DNA of 64,000 nucleotides from Octopus vulgaris (GCA_951406725.2 OX597814.1:187798001-187862000); one strand, 5' to 3'; positions 1 through 11,791 are shown, counted from the stretch's first letter. The notes: generated by a model from the sequence alone, not told the origin. A program made the numbers and translations.

Positions 1-71
1 ATACGAAGTTTAAAAGTGTTTAGTTACAAATAACTTATTTTTAAAATCTGCCGGTCAAAGCGAAAAGATCC
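1..71 (+). mobile_element. Right end of GGATCTTTTC-TIR MITE (same family as 19035-19440)
   Basis: Ends in ...tgccggtcaaagcgaaaagatcc, matching the right TIR of the complete copies. Confidence 0.75.
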
Positions 72-703
72 TGATCTGGGACTAAATAACACCACCACCA
101 AAAACGAAAGGTAGTGTCTGGTTGAGAGAATGGTAAATGGTGAAAGTAGTACAGTAAGAATACAGAGTCTCTATTCTTTGGGAGCAAACGTACAACAACG
201 GCGAATTTCGACAGTTTCAATTACTCCACTGACGTCAGACCATACAAGCTTTTTAGTTCAACTAATTTCGGGTATTGCCCTTTATCTGGGCGAGAAGGAA
301 AAGAGCGACATACTTTATCTTTCACCGTCCGTCTGTCTCTGTTTGAGAAAGTGATGTAGCTTGGACAGTAAAAAAAAACCCCAGAAAATCTCTTGGTAAC
401 CGAATTCGTTTTACAGTTTTCATTCTAGTATTGTAGTTATTTAAGTTTCACGCGCGCGAGCGGGTATGTGTTGTGAGAAAGCGAGAAATAGGAAGAGAAA
501 GAGAGAAACACAAATATTAGGCACAAACATTCTCATATACCCAGTACTGCGCGTGAGCCCAGGAGGGCGCGTCTGCTTTTCCTTGGCTTGCTAGAAATAG
601 CAACCAAATCCCACCCTACTTAATTCAAATCATATGTTGCCGTCTTAACGAACAAGAGAGACACATTGGATAATGTAAATCCTAGATATCATATATCTGA
701 TCG

Positions 704-803
<100 letters not shown>

Positions 804-1019
804 CGGGTTAAATAAGGAGGTGGTCTCGACTGGCATACTTTTGATCATATAGAACTGCTCAGTCAGGGTTGACCTGGGGGACTAAACAACAATAACAAGA
901 AGACAAACAATATTACCCGTAGTAGGAAACATTCTTTCCATGGAGACCGATTTGGCCTGTCGGTGAATCTGGTGTGAGTGGGCGAGGCGAGGCGGAAAGC
1001 CACGGAATTTAACCTTCTT

Positions 1020-1674
1020 TTATATATGTGTGTGTGTATGTATGTATGTATGAATGGTGTGTATGTATGTATGAATGTATGAATGGTGTGTATGTATATA
1101 TGAATGGTGTGTATGTATGGATGTATGTATGTATGAATGGTGTGTATGTATGTATGAATGGTGTGTATGTATGGATGTTTGTATGTATGAATGGTGTGTA
1201 TGTATGTATGAATGGTGTGTATGTATGGATGTTTGTATGTATGAATGGTGTGTATGTATGTATGAATGGTGTGTATGTATGGATGTTTGTATGTATGAAT
1301 GGTGTGTATGTATGTATGAATGGTGTGTATGTATGGATGTATGTATGTATGAATGGTGTGTATGTATATGAATGGTGTGTATGTATGGATGTTTGTATGT
1401 ATGAATGGTGTGTATGTATGAATGGTGTGTATGTATGTATGTATGTATGAATGGTGTGTATGTATGTATGTATGAATGGTGTGTGTGTGTGTATGTATGT
1501 ATGAATGTATGTATGTATGTATGTATGAATGGTGCGTATGTATGTATGTATGAATGGTGTGTATGTATGTTTATATGTATGTATGCATGAACCTGTGTGT
1601 GTATGTGTGTAAGAGTATGCGTGTATACGTATATAACACACAGCTAAAGGAGATTATATATATCCATCCATCCG

Positions 1675-1762
<88 letters not shown>

Positions 1763-1794
1763 GATACATACATACATACACACACACATACATG

Positions 1795-1832
<38 letters not shown>

Positions 1833-1872
1833 CGTATATGTACGTGCGTGTATATATATGTATGTATGTGTA

Positions 1873-1919
<47 letters not shown>

Positions 1920-2325
1920 GTACCTATCTATATCTCTGTTTCTATCTATCTAGATACATACATACACATATATGTCTGTGTATATATGTGTGTATATATA
2001 CGTGCGTGTATATATATGTATGTGTATGCATGAGTGTATATACCTATCTATATGTGTATATCTATCTATCTAGCTACATACGTACATACACTCATTTATT
2101 CATACATATACATACATACACATATAATATCTGTGTATGTATATGTACGTGCGTGTATATATATATGTATGTATGTGTATGCATAAGTGTCTGTATGCAT
2201 ATATGTATGTACTTATCTATATCTGTGCATATCTCTATCTATCTACACATACATAAGCATAAAAAGGTTTTATACATCCACATACATACATACATACACA
2301 CACATACACACACATACATACATAT
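1020..2325. repeat. Compound micro/minisatellite block: (GTAT)n with recurring GAATGGTGT higher-order unit, (TCTA)n, (TA)n
   Basis: Directly visible; explains the low-complexity ORFs at 1009-2446. Confidence 0.95.
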
Positions 2326-2507
2326 GTATATTCTCATTTACTTGCTAATTTCTCTTTTTTTTTCTTTTTTCCTTTTCTTTTTTCAACTTGTGAAACAGAA
2401 AGGAATTCGTAGAAAAAAAACTCAGTCGGTGTCAACTTCAGGTTAGCGGACGTAACGACCCACTTTTGAAGTGCTTTATTTGTTGATCTTAGAAAGAAAT
2501 AGCTCAC

Positions 2508-2543
2508 TTGTATGTTTGTGTCTATTGCCCCAGTAAAGCCACC
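2508..2543 (-). other. Candidate 36-nt exon
   Basis: Minus strand cttttccttacatttcAG|GGTGGCTTTACTGGGGCAATAGACACAAACATACAA|GTGAGC. Confidence 0.3.
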
Positions 2544-2674
2544 CTGAAATGTAAGGAAAAGCAACGTTGCTGCTTTTGTGTTGTGGACTTTTTTTTTAAT
2601 ATTAAACATTGACTTGGCTTGACTCTTTGTCGTGGGAGTGTAAAACGAGTTGATCGGAGCGGAAGGGTCAAATG

Positions 2675-2989
<315 letters not shown>

Positions 2990-3412
2990 AGAAGGCGGCG
3001 AGCTGGCAGAAACGTTAGCACGCCGGGCGAAATGCTTAGAGGTACTTCGTCTGCCGCTAACGTTCTGAGTTCAAATTCCGTTCAAAGGTCGACTTTGCCT
3101 TTCATCCTTTCGGGGTCGATAAATTAAGTACCAGTTACGCACTGGGGTCGATGTAGTCGACTTAATCCGTTTGTCTGTCCTTGTTTGTCCTCTCTGTGTT
3201 TAATCCCTTGTAGGTAGTAAAGAAATAGGTATTTCGTCTGTCGTTACGTTCTGAGTTCAAATTCCGCCGAGGTCGACTTTGCCTTTCATCCTTTCGGGGT
3301 CGATAAATAAAGTACCAGTTATGCACTCAGATCGATGTAATCGACTTGATCCCTTTGTTTGTCCTTGTTTGTCCCCTCTATGTTTAGCCCCTTTTGGGCA
3401 GTAAAGAAAAAA
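2990..3412 (+). mobile_element. tRNA-derived SINE 'family A' (Meta/MESC-like central domain), head plus two body units, inserted in (ACT)n
   Basis: A-box-like GGCGAGCTGGCAGAA, B-box-like GAGTTCAAATTCC and central GCCTTTCATCCTTTCGGGGTCGATAAATTAAGTACCAG. Many copies occur in the window. The superfamily label comes from recall of the domain consensus. Confidence 0.85.
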
Positions 3413-3413
3413 A

Positions 3414-3463
<50 letters not shown>

Positions 3464-3634
3464 GATTAAGTAAGAGGAAACGGATCCTGCGTCAGTATCG
3501 ACGATGAGCGTTTAGTTGTTCGATCAACTAAATTTTAACATTAGCACACACACGTACACACGACGGGCTTCTTTCAGTTTCCGCCTACCAATTCCACTCA
3601 CAAAGCCTTAGTCAGCCTGAGGCTACTTGCAGAC

Positions 3635-4185
3635 TTTGTAACCTCCGCATTAGCGAAGGCGGAGATATTGTTTTCAGTCGCGTTTGTTTGTTTGTTTATC
3701 CGTGGACAAGATATCTCAAGAATTGCTGGATGGATTCGGATGAAACTTTCAGGAATGTTTGGACTCATGACTGGCACGAACTGATTAGATTTTGGGATCG
3801 ATCTGGCACTGGACAGTTTTAGGGTTAGTGTTGCGGAAAAAAGTCAAAATTGAAGAAGTTGGGGGGAAGGTTGAAAAAATTTTTACAATGCCGATTTTTG
3901 GCAATTTTCCTTAATCTCCGTATCCAAAAACGGGGATTTTTGGCAAAAAAAAATTTAAATAAGCAAATTTGGGAGAAAATGGACGGAAGTCTTTCCGACA
4001 AGGATTCAGGATTATTTTTCCGGATTTTTAAATATAATTTTTGAGAGCAGTCGGGTTCATTTTTAGTATTCTCGCTTCTGAGAACAGTAGAGTTTATTTC
4101 AGAAATTCTCGTTTCAAAAATCATCTCGGGCTAATTGTTGGTGTTGCCTTGGTAGAGGTTTGTGTTCTCTGAGTGCTCTTGTTAG
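3635..4185 (+). mobile_element. Non-autonomous Helentron/HINE-like element with a nested insertion (~3815-3997)
   Basis: 5' ACCTCCGC...GCGGAG subterminal hairpin followed by (TTTG)n and GGATTCGGATGAAACTTTCAGG. The 3' end GCCTTGGTAGAGGTTTGTGTTCTCTGAGTGC resembles the subterminal IR plus stem-loop of DINE-1/pearl-type elements. The insert matches the 48477 MITE. Confidence 0.65.
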
Positions 4186-4339
4186 AATTACTTTTAAAAA
4201 AATTATTTATTAGATTTTATTCTTAAAAATATATACTACATAAACTTTGCTCTGTTAAGTACATCAAGAACTTGAATCTACCGAAGTATGTAAGACAAGA
4301 GATTATGACCAAGAACTGTGTCCTAATTTCCATTTGTTT

Positions 4340-4944
4340 TCTGGCAGATTTAGAAAATAATTTTTTGTAACTAAACACTTTCAAACTTCGTATACTGGCA
4401 GAATGTGTCATATAAAACATCTTTTACTCTTAGAATTTTTGAGAACCAATCAATGACGTGTATTCAGCTGAATAAAATTACTGCTGTTGTTTGTCAACAA
4501 CTATCGGCAATGTATATTTCGTTTGTCAATATTATTTATGACATCGTTTGTGCATTTGTACTGGTTTTAGCTTTAAGGTTTTAGGGTTAGAGTAACGGGA
4601 AAAAATGAAAAATGAAGCACGAATGATTATGGTGATGCCATGAAGTAAACATGCTTCAGATACACTCGTTTATTCATACAAACATAACTGAGATTAAATA
4701 TGTCATAAATAACAGTGACAAACGAAATATACTCCACCGGAAGTTGTTGAACGTCATTGATTGGTTGAAATTACCGAAATACGACAACTTTAAAATGAAA
4801 TAACTTCGTATGTATAGACTTTTCTCAAAAACGCTAACAGTAAAAGATGTTTTATATGACACATTCTACCAGTATACGAAGTTTGAAAGTGTTTAGTTAC
4901 AAAAAATTATTTTCTAAATCTGCCGGTCAAAAGATAAAGATCCG
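4340..4944. mobile_element. Long-TIR (fold-back) DNA element related to the GGATCTTTTC MITE family
   Basis: The left arm (aactaaacactttcaaacttcgtatactggcagaatgtgtc) is the reverse complement of the right arm (gacacattctaccagtatacgaagtttgaaagtgtttagtt). It ends in aaagatcc. Confidence 0.75.
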
Positions 4945-5161
4945 TTTTTCTTTTTACTTCTTTCATTCTAATGGTAGTGAAGCTGGCACTTCCTTTGCCC
5001 TGCAACAATTGAAGATGATATGACAACATCAGTCATTGGAAGCGATCCTCTTCTGTACTGCTTGATTAATTATTCGAATGACTAGTGCGCACCCTGTTTT
5101 GTTGAATATTCCAATCCCTCAGTTAATATCTGATGATTCGGCTGTTCTTACTGCTTTCAGA

Positions 5162-5335
5162 CGCTATCGTGGCTAGACGGGGTAGGGAGGAGGAAGTGGT
5201 CCACCCCATGGAGCACTTTTATGAGGGCGGCACCACTTTGGGGTCTGCTGTAGGTAATATGCATTTTTTGTTGGGACCCGGGGGCGGAAAAATGAAGGGT
5301 CACCCCGGGTGGCACACACTCCAGCTATGCTAATG
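5162..5335. mobile_element. Degenerate hAT-type MITE
   Basis: Decayed CAGTGGCGTAGCTAG-type TIRs and an 8-bp TSD ctttcaga/ccttcaga. Confidence 0.55.
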
Positions 5336-5357
5336 CCTTCAGATCGTTAGTGTCCAT

Positions 5358-5638
5358 TTTTATAGCATAGTGTAGGGCAGGATTCGTGGCAGACAAACTG
5401 TAGACAGATACTTCGCTGTGGGTTAGCTAGAAAGTTGGTCAGCAGGAAAGAAAAAGACTTCCGGGAGGAGAATGAAAAGACAGAAGAATGTCAGCAGCGA
5501 GCGTGGAACGAATCTGAGCAAACTATACAAAAATAACTGACGACTTAAGCCCTATTGTACCTAAAGTAATAAACCTTTTGGTAAATGTATTCTCGTCTCT
5601 ACTAGTTTGTTTGCGTATAGCTTAACAAAGCTATAACT
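5358..5638 (+). mobile_element. Probable 5' LTR of the Ty3/gypsy relic at 6144
   Basis: Inverted termini TTATAGC...GCTATAA and internal AATAAA. It abuts the PBS once the 5642-6143 insertion is removed. Confidence 0.55.
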
Positions 5639-5641
5639 AGT

Positions 5642-6143
5642 GAGAGTTTACGAAAAAAAAAACAAAAGACGAAGACAGGTGGTGTACAAAACAAACAGGT
5701 GTATTAGTATAACGCTCAGGAATAGAAAAGTCTTTTACGTTTCGAGTCTACGCTCTTCTACAGAAAGGGACACAGAAAAAACAAGGAGAGAGAGAAGCGG
5801 GTTTTTAAAAAAAATGAGTAAAGAGAGGTTAATGGACGGCTGAAAGCAGTGGGAGGGAAGTAAGCAGAGGTATTGTTTTAGGCAATGGTGAAGAGTGAGG
5901 AGGTAGGATTTCCAGTGGAGAAGTTCGTAGTAGTAAGAAAAGATAGGATCAACATGTGCGACCACGTGAGCGTGTGATATATATAGGGAGAGTTTACGAA
6001 AAAAACAAAGACGAAGACAGGTGGTGTAGAAAACAAACAGATGTATTAGTATAACGCTCAGGAATAGAAAAAGTCTTTTACGTTTCGAGCCTACGCTCTT
6101 CTACAGAAAGGGACACAAAAAAAAAAAAAACAAGGAGAGAGAG
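5642..6143 (-). mobile_element. Penelope-like element remnant: two tandem pseudo-LTR copies, each with a minimal hammerhead-like motif
   Basis: Direct repeat 5642-5795 / 5986-6143. The minus strand reads CTGTAGAAGAGCGTAGGCTCGAAACGTA. The same repeat lies next to (TA)n at 23262-23348 and 24238-24420. Confidence 0.7.
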
Positions 6144-7005
6144 AGTGACCCCGACGATAGAATAATAGCTCCCGCTACCGAAACAAACATGGCTAGCAAC
6201 AAAACACCACTGAGGCTACCACAGTTCTGGTCTCAGAGGGCTGAGCTGTGGCTCGCGCAGGCGTTAGCTCAATTTGAAATAAACAAGATAACGGCCGACC
6301 TAACAAAGTACTCGCACGTTGTGGCGGCACTAGACGAAGACACGGCAACGAGGGTGCTGGACATTTTAACCCATCCCACACCAACAAAAAATACGCCATA
6401 TTGAAAGATAGGCTAGTGGATACATTCCGATGCAGTGAAAGAGAAGCGGCAGCCAGGATACTGGAGGGGGAATTAGGCGATTCCAAGCCTTCAGAACTGA
6501 TCGACAGGATGTTGGTATTAGTTCCCCCCACCCGGTGAGTCACCTTCCTTTTTGTTTAAAGAAATATTCCTCCGCAAGCTGCCACTCCAGGTCCAGGCCC
6601 TCATTACTCAGACCGAAATCAAGCACCTGCGGCAATCAGCAAAGGCAGCCGACAGGCATTTTTTATCCAGTGGTGTCTGGTCAACGCCATAGGGTCGGCT
6701 CCGAGACGGGGTAGGGTTAAGCATAATGACCTGTGCCTCTACCATGCAAAGTTTGGAAAAAAGGCGACAAAATGTAAACAACCATGTAACTTTCGGACCC
6801 ATTCAGTGACTCAGGGAAACTCCAGGGCCGGTCGCTATTGAACACCCTGGTGGCCGGCAGACACGACCAAATGCTCCTCTATGTCAGCGATTGCAGCTCC
6901 GGACGCAGGTTCCTCATCGACACAGGAGCAGAAGTTAGCGTGATCCCGACGTCGGCAAGGGACCTCCGTCACAGAAAGCGTAGCCAACCTTTAACAGCCG
7001 CCAAT
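6144..7005 (+). mobile_element. Ty3/gypsy LTR-retrotransposon relic: tRNA-Trp PBS, frameshifted gag and aspartic protease
   Basis: GTGACCCCGACG is complementary to the tRNA-Trp 3' end. Gag reads LRLPQFWSQRAELWLAQALAQFEINKIT...KYSHVVAALD and the protease reads FLIDTGAEVSVIP. Confidence 0.9.
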
Positions 7006-7437
7006 ATGACGTTGTGTCATATTATGCCCTCCTTGCATATATCAATGGGTACATGCAGTGTTACTAATCTCAGTCTGAGCACAGGTATCTAATGTTAGCT
7101 CCATATAGAGATAGTGCTTAATTGATCTATGAGGATGGTGGAAGGGGGAATGTTGTGCTTATGTGAGACTTACCATGCTGTACTCACTGAGTGGCATACA
7201 CCATTCTATGCCTGACTGGCTGTACTGTAGCAGTATACAGTATGTAGATTTCCATGCTGAGCTCTGATCGGCTGTATGCAAATGAGTTCATTACTGGGGT
7301 CCGGAACTCTCGTGGGGAAAAAAAATCTCGCGATCCGGTCTGTTGTTTCTGCATTACAGGTTACAATTATCTCCGCCTTTTCAACTTAAATATGACCCAC
7401 GTCTGGCTGCGTGATCTCTCAGTTTCTATATCTTCCG

Positions 7438-7624
7438 TCTGGCAGAAACGTTAGCTGCCGTTACATACTAAGTTCAAATTCCGCCGAGGTCGTCTTTGCC
7501 TTTCATCCTTTCGGGGTCGATAAATTAAGTACCAGTTACGCATTGGGGTCGATATAATCGACTTAATACTTTGTCCCTGTTTGTCCCCTCTATGTTTAGC
7601 CTCTTGTGGGTAATAAAGAAATAT
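7438..7624 (+). mobile_element. SINE family A copy
   Basis: Family A body flanked by duplicated tatatcttccgtctg. Confidence 0.85.
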
Positions 7625-7639
7625 ATATCTTCCGTCTGT

Positions 7640-7900
7640 AAATTTTCTTGTCTTTGGGCCCATCTCGCTCTTAGCCTGATGTCACTAATCATTAGTCTAT
7701 ATCGAATATGACACCCTTCACCAGGTTCAGACTTAATATTCAGAACAATCTGTTTATCCAGTTTCATGGTAAGTATGAAGTCTATTTGGCTTGCGTGTTC
7801 GTAATAAAGTGACTGTTCAGTAACCTGAAGTTAAAGTTAGAAACGGTTAGCTATCTTTCATCATCATAGAATTCCACGTACTGAAAACTCTATTCCTTCC
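7640..7900 (-). mobile_element. RTE-clade LINE APE-endonuclease fragment
   Basis: Minus-strand SQIDFILTMKLDKQIVLNIKSEPGEGCHIRYRLMISD resembles the QIDYIL...K.IPGE.C..QHRL motif at the end of RTE endonucleases. Confidence 0.6.
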
Positions 7901-8024
7901 GTGTACCATGACCATAGTTTTCATATACACCAGAATAACCATAATATGCTTGTCCAACATGTCTACTGGCTGTGATAACGAAGTCACTATAGTCTTTTAA
8001 CAAACTTGTATTCTTTTTCTTTTC

Positions 8025-8240
8025 TTTCTTTTATTTGTTTCAGTCATTTGACTGCGGCCATGCTGAAGCAAATCGACCCCAGGACTTATTCTTTGTAAGC
8101 CTAGTACTTATTCTATCGGTCATTATGCCGAACCGCTAAGTGACGTTAAACCCTCCTTCTTTCCTGAGCGTCCAATAATACTATATTTGTTCCACGTCCT
8201 CGCGTTGTTGTGTTTTTTTGTGCTTTTATGTTTGGATTAA

Positions 8241-8288
<48 letters not shown>

Positions 8289-8435
8289 GACGGGCTTCTT
8301 TCAGTTTCCATCTACCAAATCTACTCACAAGGCTTTGGTCAGCCCGAGGCTATAGTAGAAGACACTTGCCCAAGGTGCCACGCAGTGGGATTGAACCCGG
8401 AACCATGTGGCTCGTAAGCAAGCTACTTACCACGC
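8025..8435 (-). mobile_element. tRNA-derived CORE-type SINE 'family C' (OR2-like), interrupted by a PLE-like end at ~8146-8241
   Basis: Reverse complement of the family C head (GTGGTAAGTAGCTTGCTT...GGCACCTTGGGCAAGTGTCTT) and tail (CAGCATGGCCGCAGTCAAATGACTGAAAC). Confidence 0.8.
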
Positions 8436-9897
8436 CAAACATTCTTATAGAAATAGTTCTTTTGTTCCTATTCCAACTACTACAATTACCTTATCTATCC
8501 ATTTCTCTATTTCTACTCCGCCAAATCCAGTCGTTATCTATGCAGAAGATTTTGTACTTGTGTTTCTTGTTCATGAGAAGTCTGACTAAAGATCCCCTCT
8601 TTCTTGTCTCTTGTACACAGCCCTCACTGCATCCTCTTTACAACCTCTCCAGACCTACCTGTCACTGTGACAACGCTGATGGCAGACTTGAATTTTTTAC
8701 TTCGAGAGGGAGAAGAGTTTCAGATTAGTGGAGGTGGGTTGGTTATTTCTACATCTAAATGGAAGAGAGTTTGTGTGATCATCTGACGTTGTTTGAAAGG
8801 CTTTCACTCATTGCTAGACGTCCCTAGCTTGGCCAACTCACTATTTAGTCTTATACACACAAGAAAATGCATAGATGCCTACATACTCTCACCCCACCAC
8901 ATATGTATACACACGCACACATATACATACGTACACACATAAATACATTCATACATGTTAGCATGTAAGAACATCATGTATTAGATGTACATTGGATGCC
9001 TCACTTTGTTTTTACTGATCATTTGTGTTATTAATAAAATTAGAAACACGAAACCTGAGCAAGCTGGGGAAGAAAATAGAACTGTGTAGACAGGCTTCTG
9101 ATGATTCAAGCTGTCTGGGATGCATTGATGATTTCCAAAACTGATGAGTTGAAGGGAGGGCGGTATCCTCGAATCGAAAACCTAACCCGATTGTTTGCAG
9201 AAGAGTGGACTCTGTGAAAGGAACCCAAGGTACTTGGTGGTGGAGTTAAATCAAGCGATGGTTACCACCCAAGTAGGCCACAATGGGAACCGAGAACGCA
9301 AAGAGCCGGAACAAACACCACATGTTATCTGGTCTGACGTTATTATAATTCTGCCAATCCAATTTGGTACTTTTGATTGGTACTTTTTTTGTTGACCTCG
9401 AAAGGATGAAAACGAAGTTCACCTTGGCGAGATTTGAACTAGGTGCGCAGAAAATCAGAACAAATAATGCGAAGCCTTTTGTCCAACGCTCAACCAATTC
9501 TGCCAGTTCGTAGCTTACCTACTGACATACATATATATGTAATGTGAATATCAAGAGTTTCATTCGCTTTCCAGAGTGATTTAAACTTTTCAAAGGAAAG
9601 CTCTCTACAACAAGCATCTTATTCAACAAAAGATTTGCGCTTCTTCCAGTTCGTTCTTTGGACACAAGACAGAAGCCGTGGTTCACGTAGGATCTATATG
9701 TGATAAACAATATACTAATGATTGGTACAATTCCGCAGATCTTTTTGGCGAGTGTTGTTGAAATTGACTCAATTTTTGATTGGTATTTATTTCATCGATC
9801 TCTGTCGGAATGAAAAAGTAAGTTTAACTAATAACTTTTCAAGGTGGAACGTAAAAGGATGTAACTAATTATCGCCGTTTAACAGATTCTGCCATCT

Positions 9898-10303
9898 ACC
9901 TATTTCTATACTACCCTCAAGGGGCTAAACACAAAGGACAAACAAGGACAGACAAACGGATTAAGTCGATTATATCGACCCCAGTGCGTAACTGGTACTT
10001 ATTTAATCGACTCCGAAAGGATGAAAGGCAAAGTCGACCTCGGCGGAATTTGAACTCAGAACGTAAAGGCAGACGAAATACCTATTTCTTTACTACCCAC
10101 AAGGGGCTAAACACAGAGAGGACAAACAAGGACAGACAAACGGATTAAGTCGATTATATCAACCCCAGTGCATAACCTGTACTTATTTAATCGACTCCGA
10201 AAGGATGAAAGGCAAAGTCGACCTCGGCGGAATTTGAACTCAGAACGTAACGGCAGACGAAATACGGCTACGCATTTCGCCCGTTGTGCTAACGATTCTG
10301 CCA
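9898..10303 (-). mobile_element. SINE family A, tandem dimer
   Basis: Two ~181-bp body units joined by AGACGAAATACCTATTTCTTT. Confidence 0.88.
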
Positions 10304-10320
10304 TCTACAATACTCTATGT

Positions 10321-10470
10321 CAGGTATGGGCAACCTTCTTTCGAGAAGCAGTCTGCATGAGACATAGCTCATCACCAGGCGAACCGCACTGCTAAAAAAG
10401 AATTGAAGATAATTTTTCGTTCGGCGTGCCATGCAGAAAGTTTCGCAGGCCCCTAGGTTGCTCACGACTG
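10321..10470. mobile_element. hAT/Charlie-type MITE
   Basis: TIRs CAGGTATGGGCAACC...GGTTGCTCACGACTG. Confidence 0.6.
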
Positions 10471-10530
10471 CTCCAAGCACTCACACGCACACACACAGTA
10501 TAATATTTTATAAAAGAAAATAAAACATTT

Positions 10531-10602
10531 ATACATGTGGTCAAGTGGTTAGGATTCCTGGCTTTCTCCCAGGCGGCCCTAGTTCGATTTCCGGCATGGG
10601 AA
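10531..10602 (+). pseudogene. tRNA-Glu(TTC) pseudogene or SINE head
   Basis: 72 nt closely resembling metazoan tRNA-Glu: D arm TGGTCAAGTGGTTAGGA, anticodon arm CCTGG-CT[TTC]TC-CCAGG, T loop GTTCGATT and 3' CATGGGA-A. Three acceptor-stem mismatches at the 5' end, T at position 37 and T-stem mismatches argue against function. Confidence 0.85.
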
Positions 10603-10911
10603 CGCATACCTCAGTGGCGGTGCTCCAGCATGGCCGCAGTCATTGGACTGAAACATATAAAAGAATAAAAGGATACATGAGACTTGGAATTAAATGATAA
10701 ATTTTGGAATTAAATTTGTATTTGAAATATCCTTCATAACAAGATATTTTTGTTTCGTATCTGACATGTACACATTTACTTTTGCCAATTGTGGTTAAAT
10801 CTTTCGATATTTCTTCGCATGTTGATGTGTTGTTGTCCAATGCCATTCTTCGTCTTTATATGAATAAAGAAATCAATTATACGCATTTATAAAGGGAGGT
10901 AACTCTGAATT

Positions 10912-11490
10912 TTATTTCTCTATTGCTCACAGGAGGCTAAACATAGAGGGAACAAACAAGGACAGACAAAGGGATTAAGTCGATAACATCGATCCTCAGT
11001 ACGTAACTGGTACTTATCCAATCAACCCCGAAAGGATGAAAGGCAAAGTCGACCTCGGCGGAATTTAAACTAAGAACGTAACGGCAGACGAAATACCTAT
11101 TTCTTTACTACCCACGAGGGGCTAAACATAATGGACAAACAAGGACAGACAAAGGGATTAAGTCGATTATATCGACCCCAGTGCGTAACTGGTACTTATT
11201 TAATCGACCTCGAAAGGATGAAAGGCAAAGTTGACCTCGGCGGAATTTGAACTCAGAACGTAACGGCAGACGAAATACCTATTTCTTTACTACCCACAAG
11301 GGGATAAACACAGAGGGGACAAACAAGGACAGACAAACGGATTAAGTCGATTATATCGACCCAGTGCATAACTGGTACTTAATTTATCGACCCCGAAAGG
11401 ATGAAAGGCAAAGTCGGCCTCGGCGGAATTCGAACTCAGAACGTAACAGCAGACGAAATACCGCTAAACAGTACACCCGACCTGTTAACG
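10912..11490 (-). mobile_element. SINE family A, tandem trimer
   Basis: Three body units with junctions at ~11091 and ~11272, 181 bp apart. Confidence 0.88.
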
Positions 11491-11601
11491 TTTTATTCCA
11501 TGTTTGTTTTTTGTTACACGTATATCGAGTGAAGAAAGATGTCATTCATAGTCTGTTGAATTCCTTTGAAGATGAAAATGTATGGAGATGATTGGCATTA
11601 G

Positions 11602-11692
11602 GGCTATCCTTCGGTATAGGTACCGTAAATACCGTTTACATTTCTGAAGATAACAGAAACCCTTTTCTCCCACCCCTAAACTTAACCCCCCT

Positions 11693-11739
<47 letters not shown>

Positions 11740-11791
11740 CACTTTCTTGAAATGTATCCGGTACTTCCGGTACCTATACCGAAGTTACGCC
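11602..11791. mobile_element. MITE with GG...CC termini and 8-bp TSD (Merlin-like)
   Basis: TIR core CTTCGGTATAGGTACCG / CGGTACCTATACCGAAG, TSD ggcattag/gacattag, internal CCCTAAACTTAACCC and (TA)n. Confidence 0.7.

Noticed and set aside
8455-9340. Non-repetitive, coding-like stretches
   Set aside because: Stops in all frames and no recognisable motif; possibly old TE debris, cannot be called.
10531-10602. Functional tRNA-Glu gene
   Set aside because: Broken acceptor and T stems, a pyrimidine at position 37 and a retroposon tail instead of an oligo-T terminator.
9898-11490. Regular repeats resembling a CRISPR array
   Set aside because: These are ~181-bp contiguous SINE units without unique spacers, in a eukaryotic context with no cas genes.
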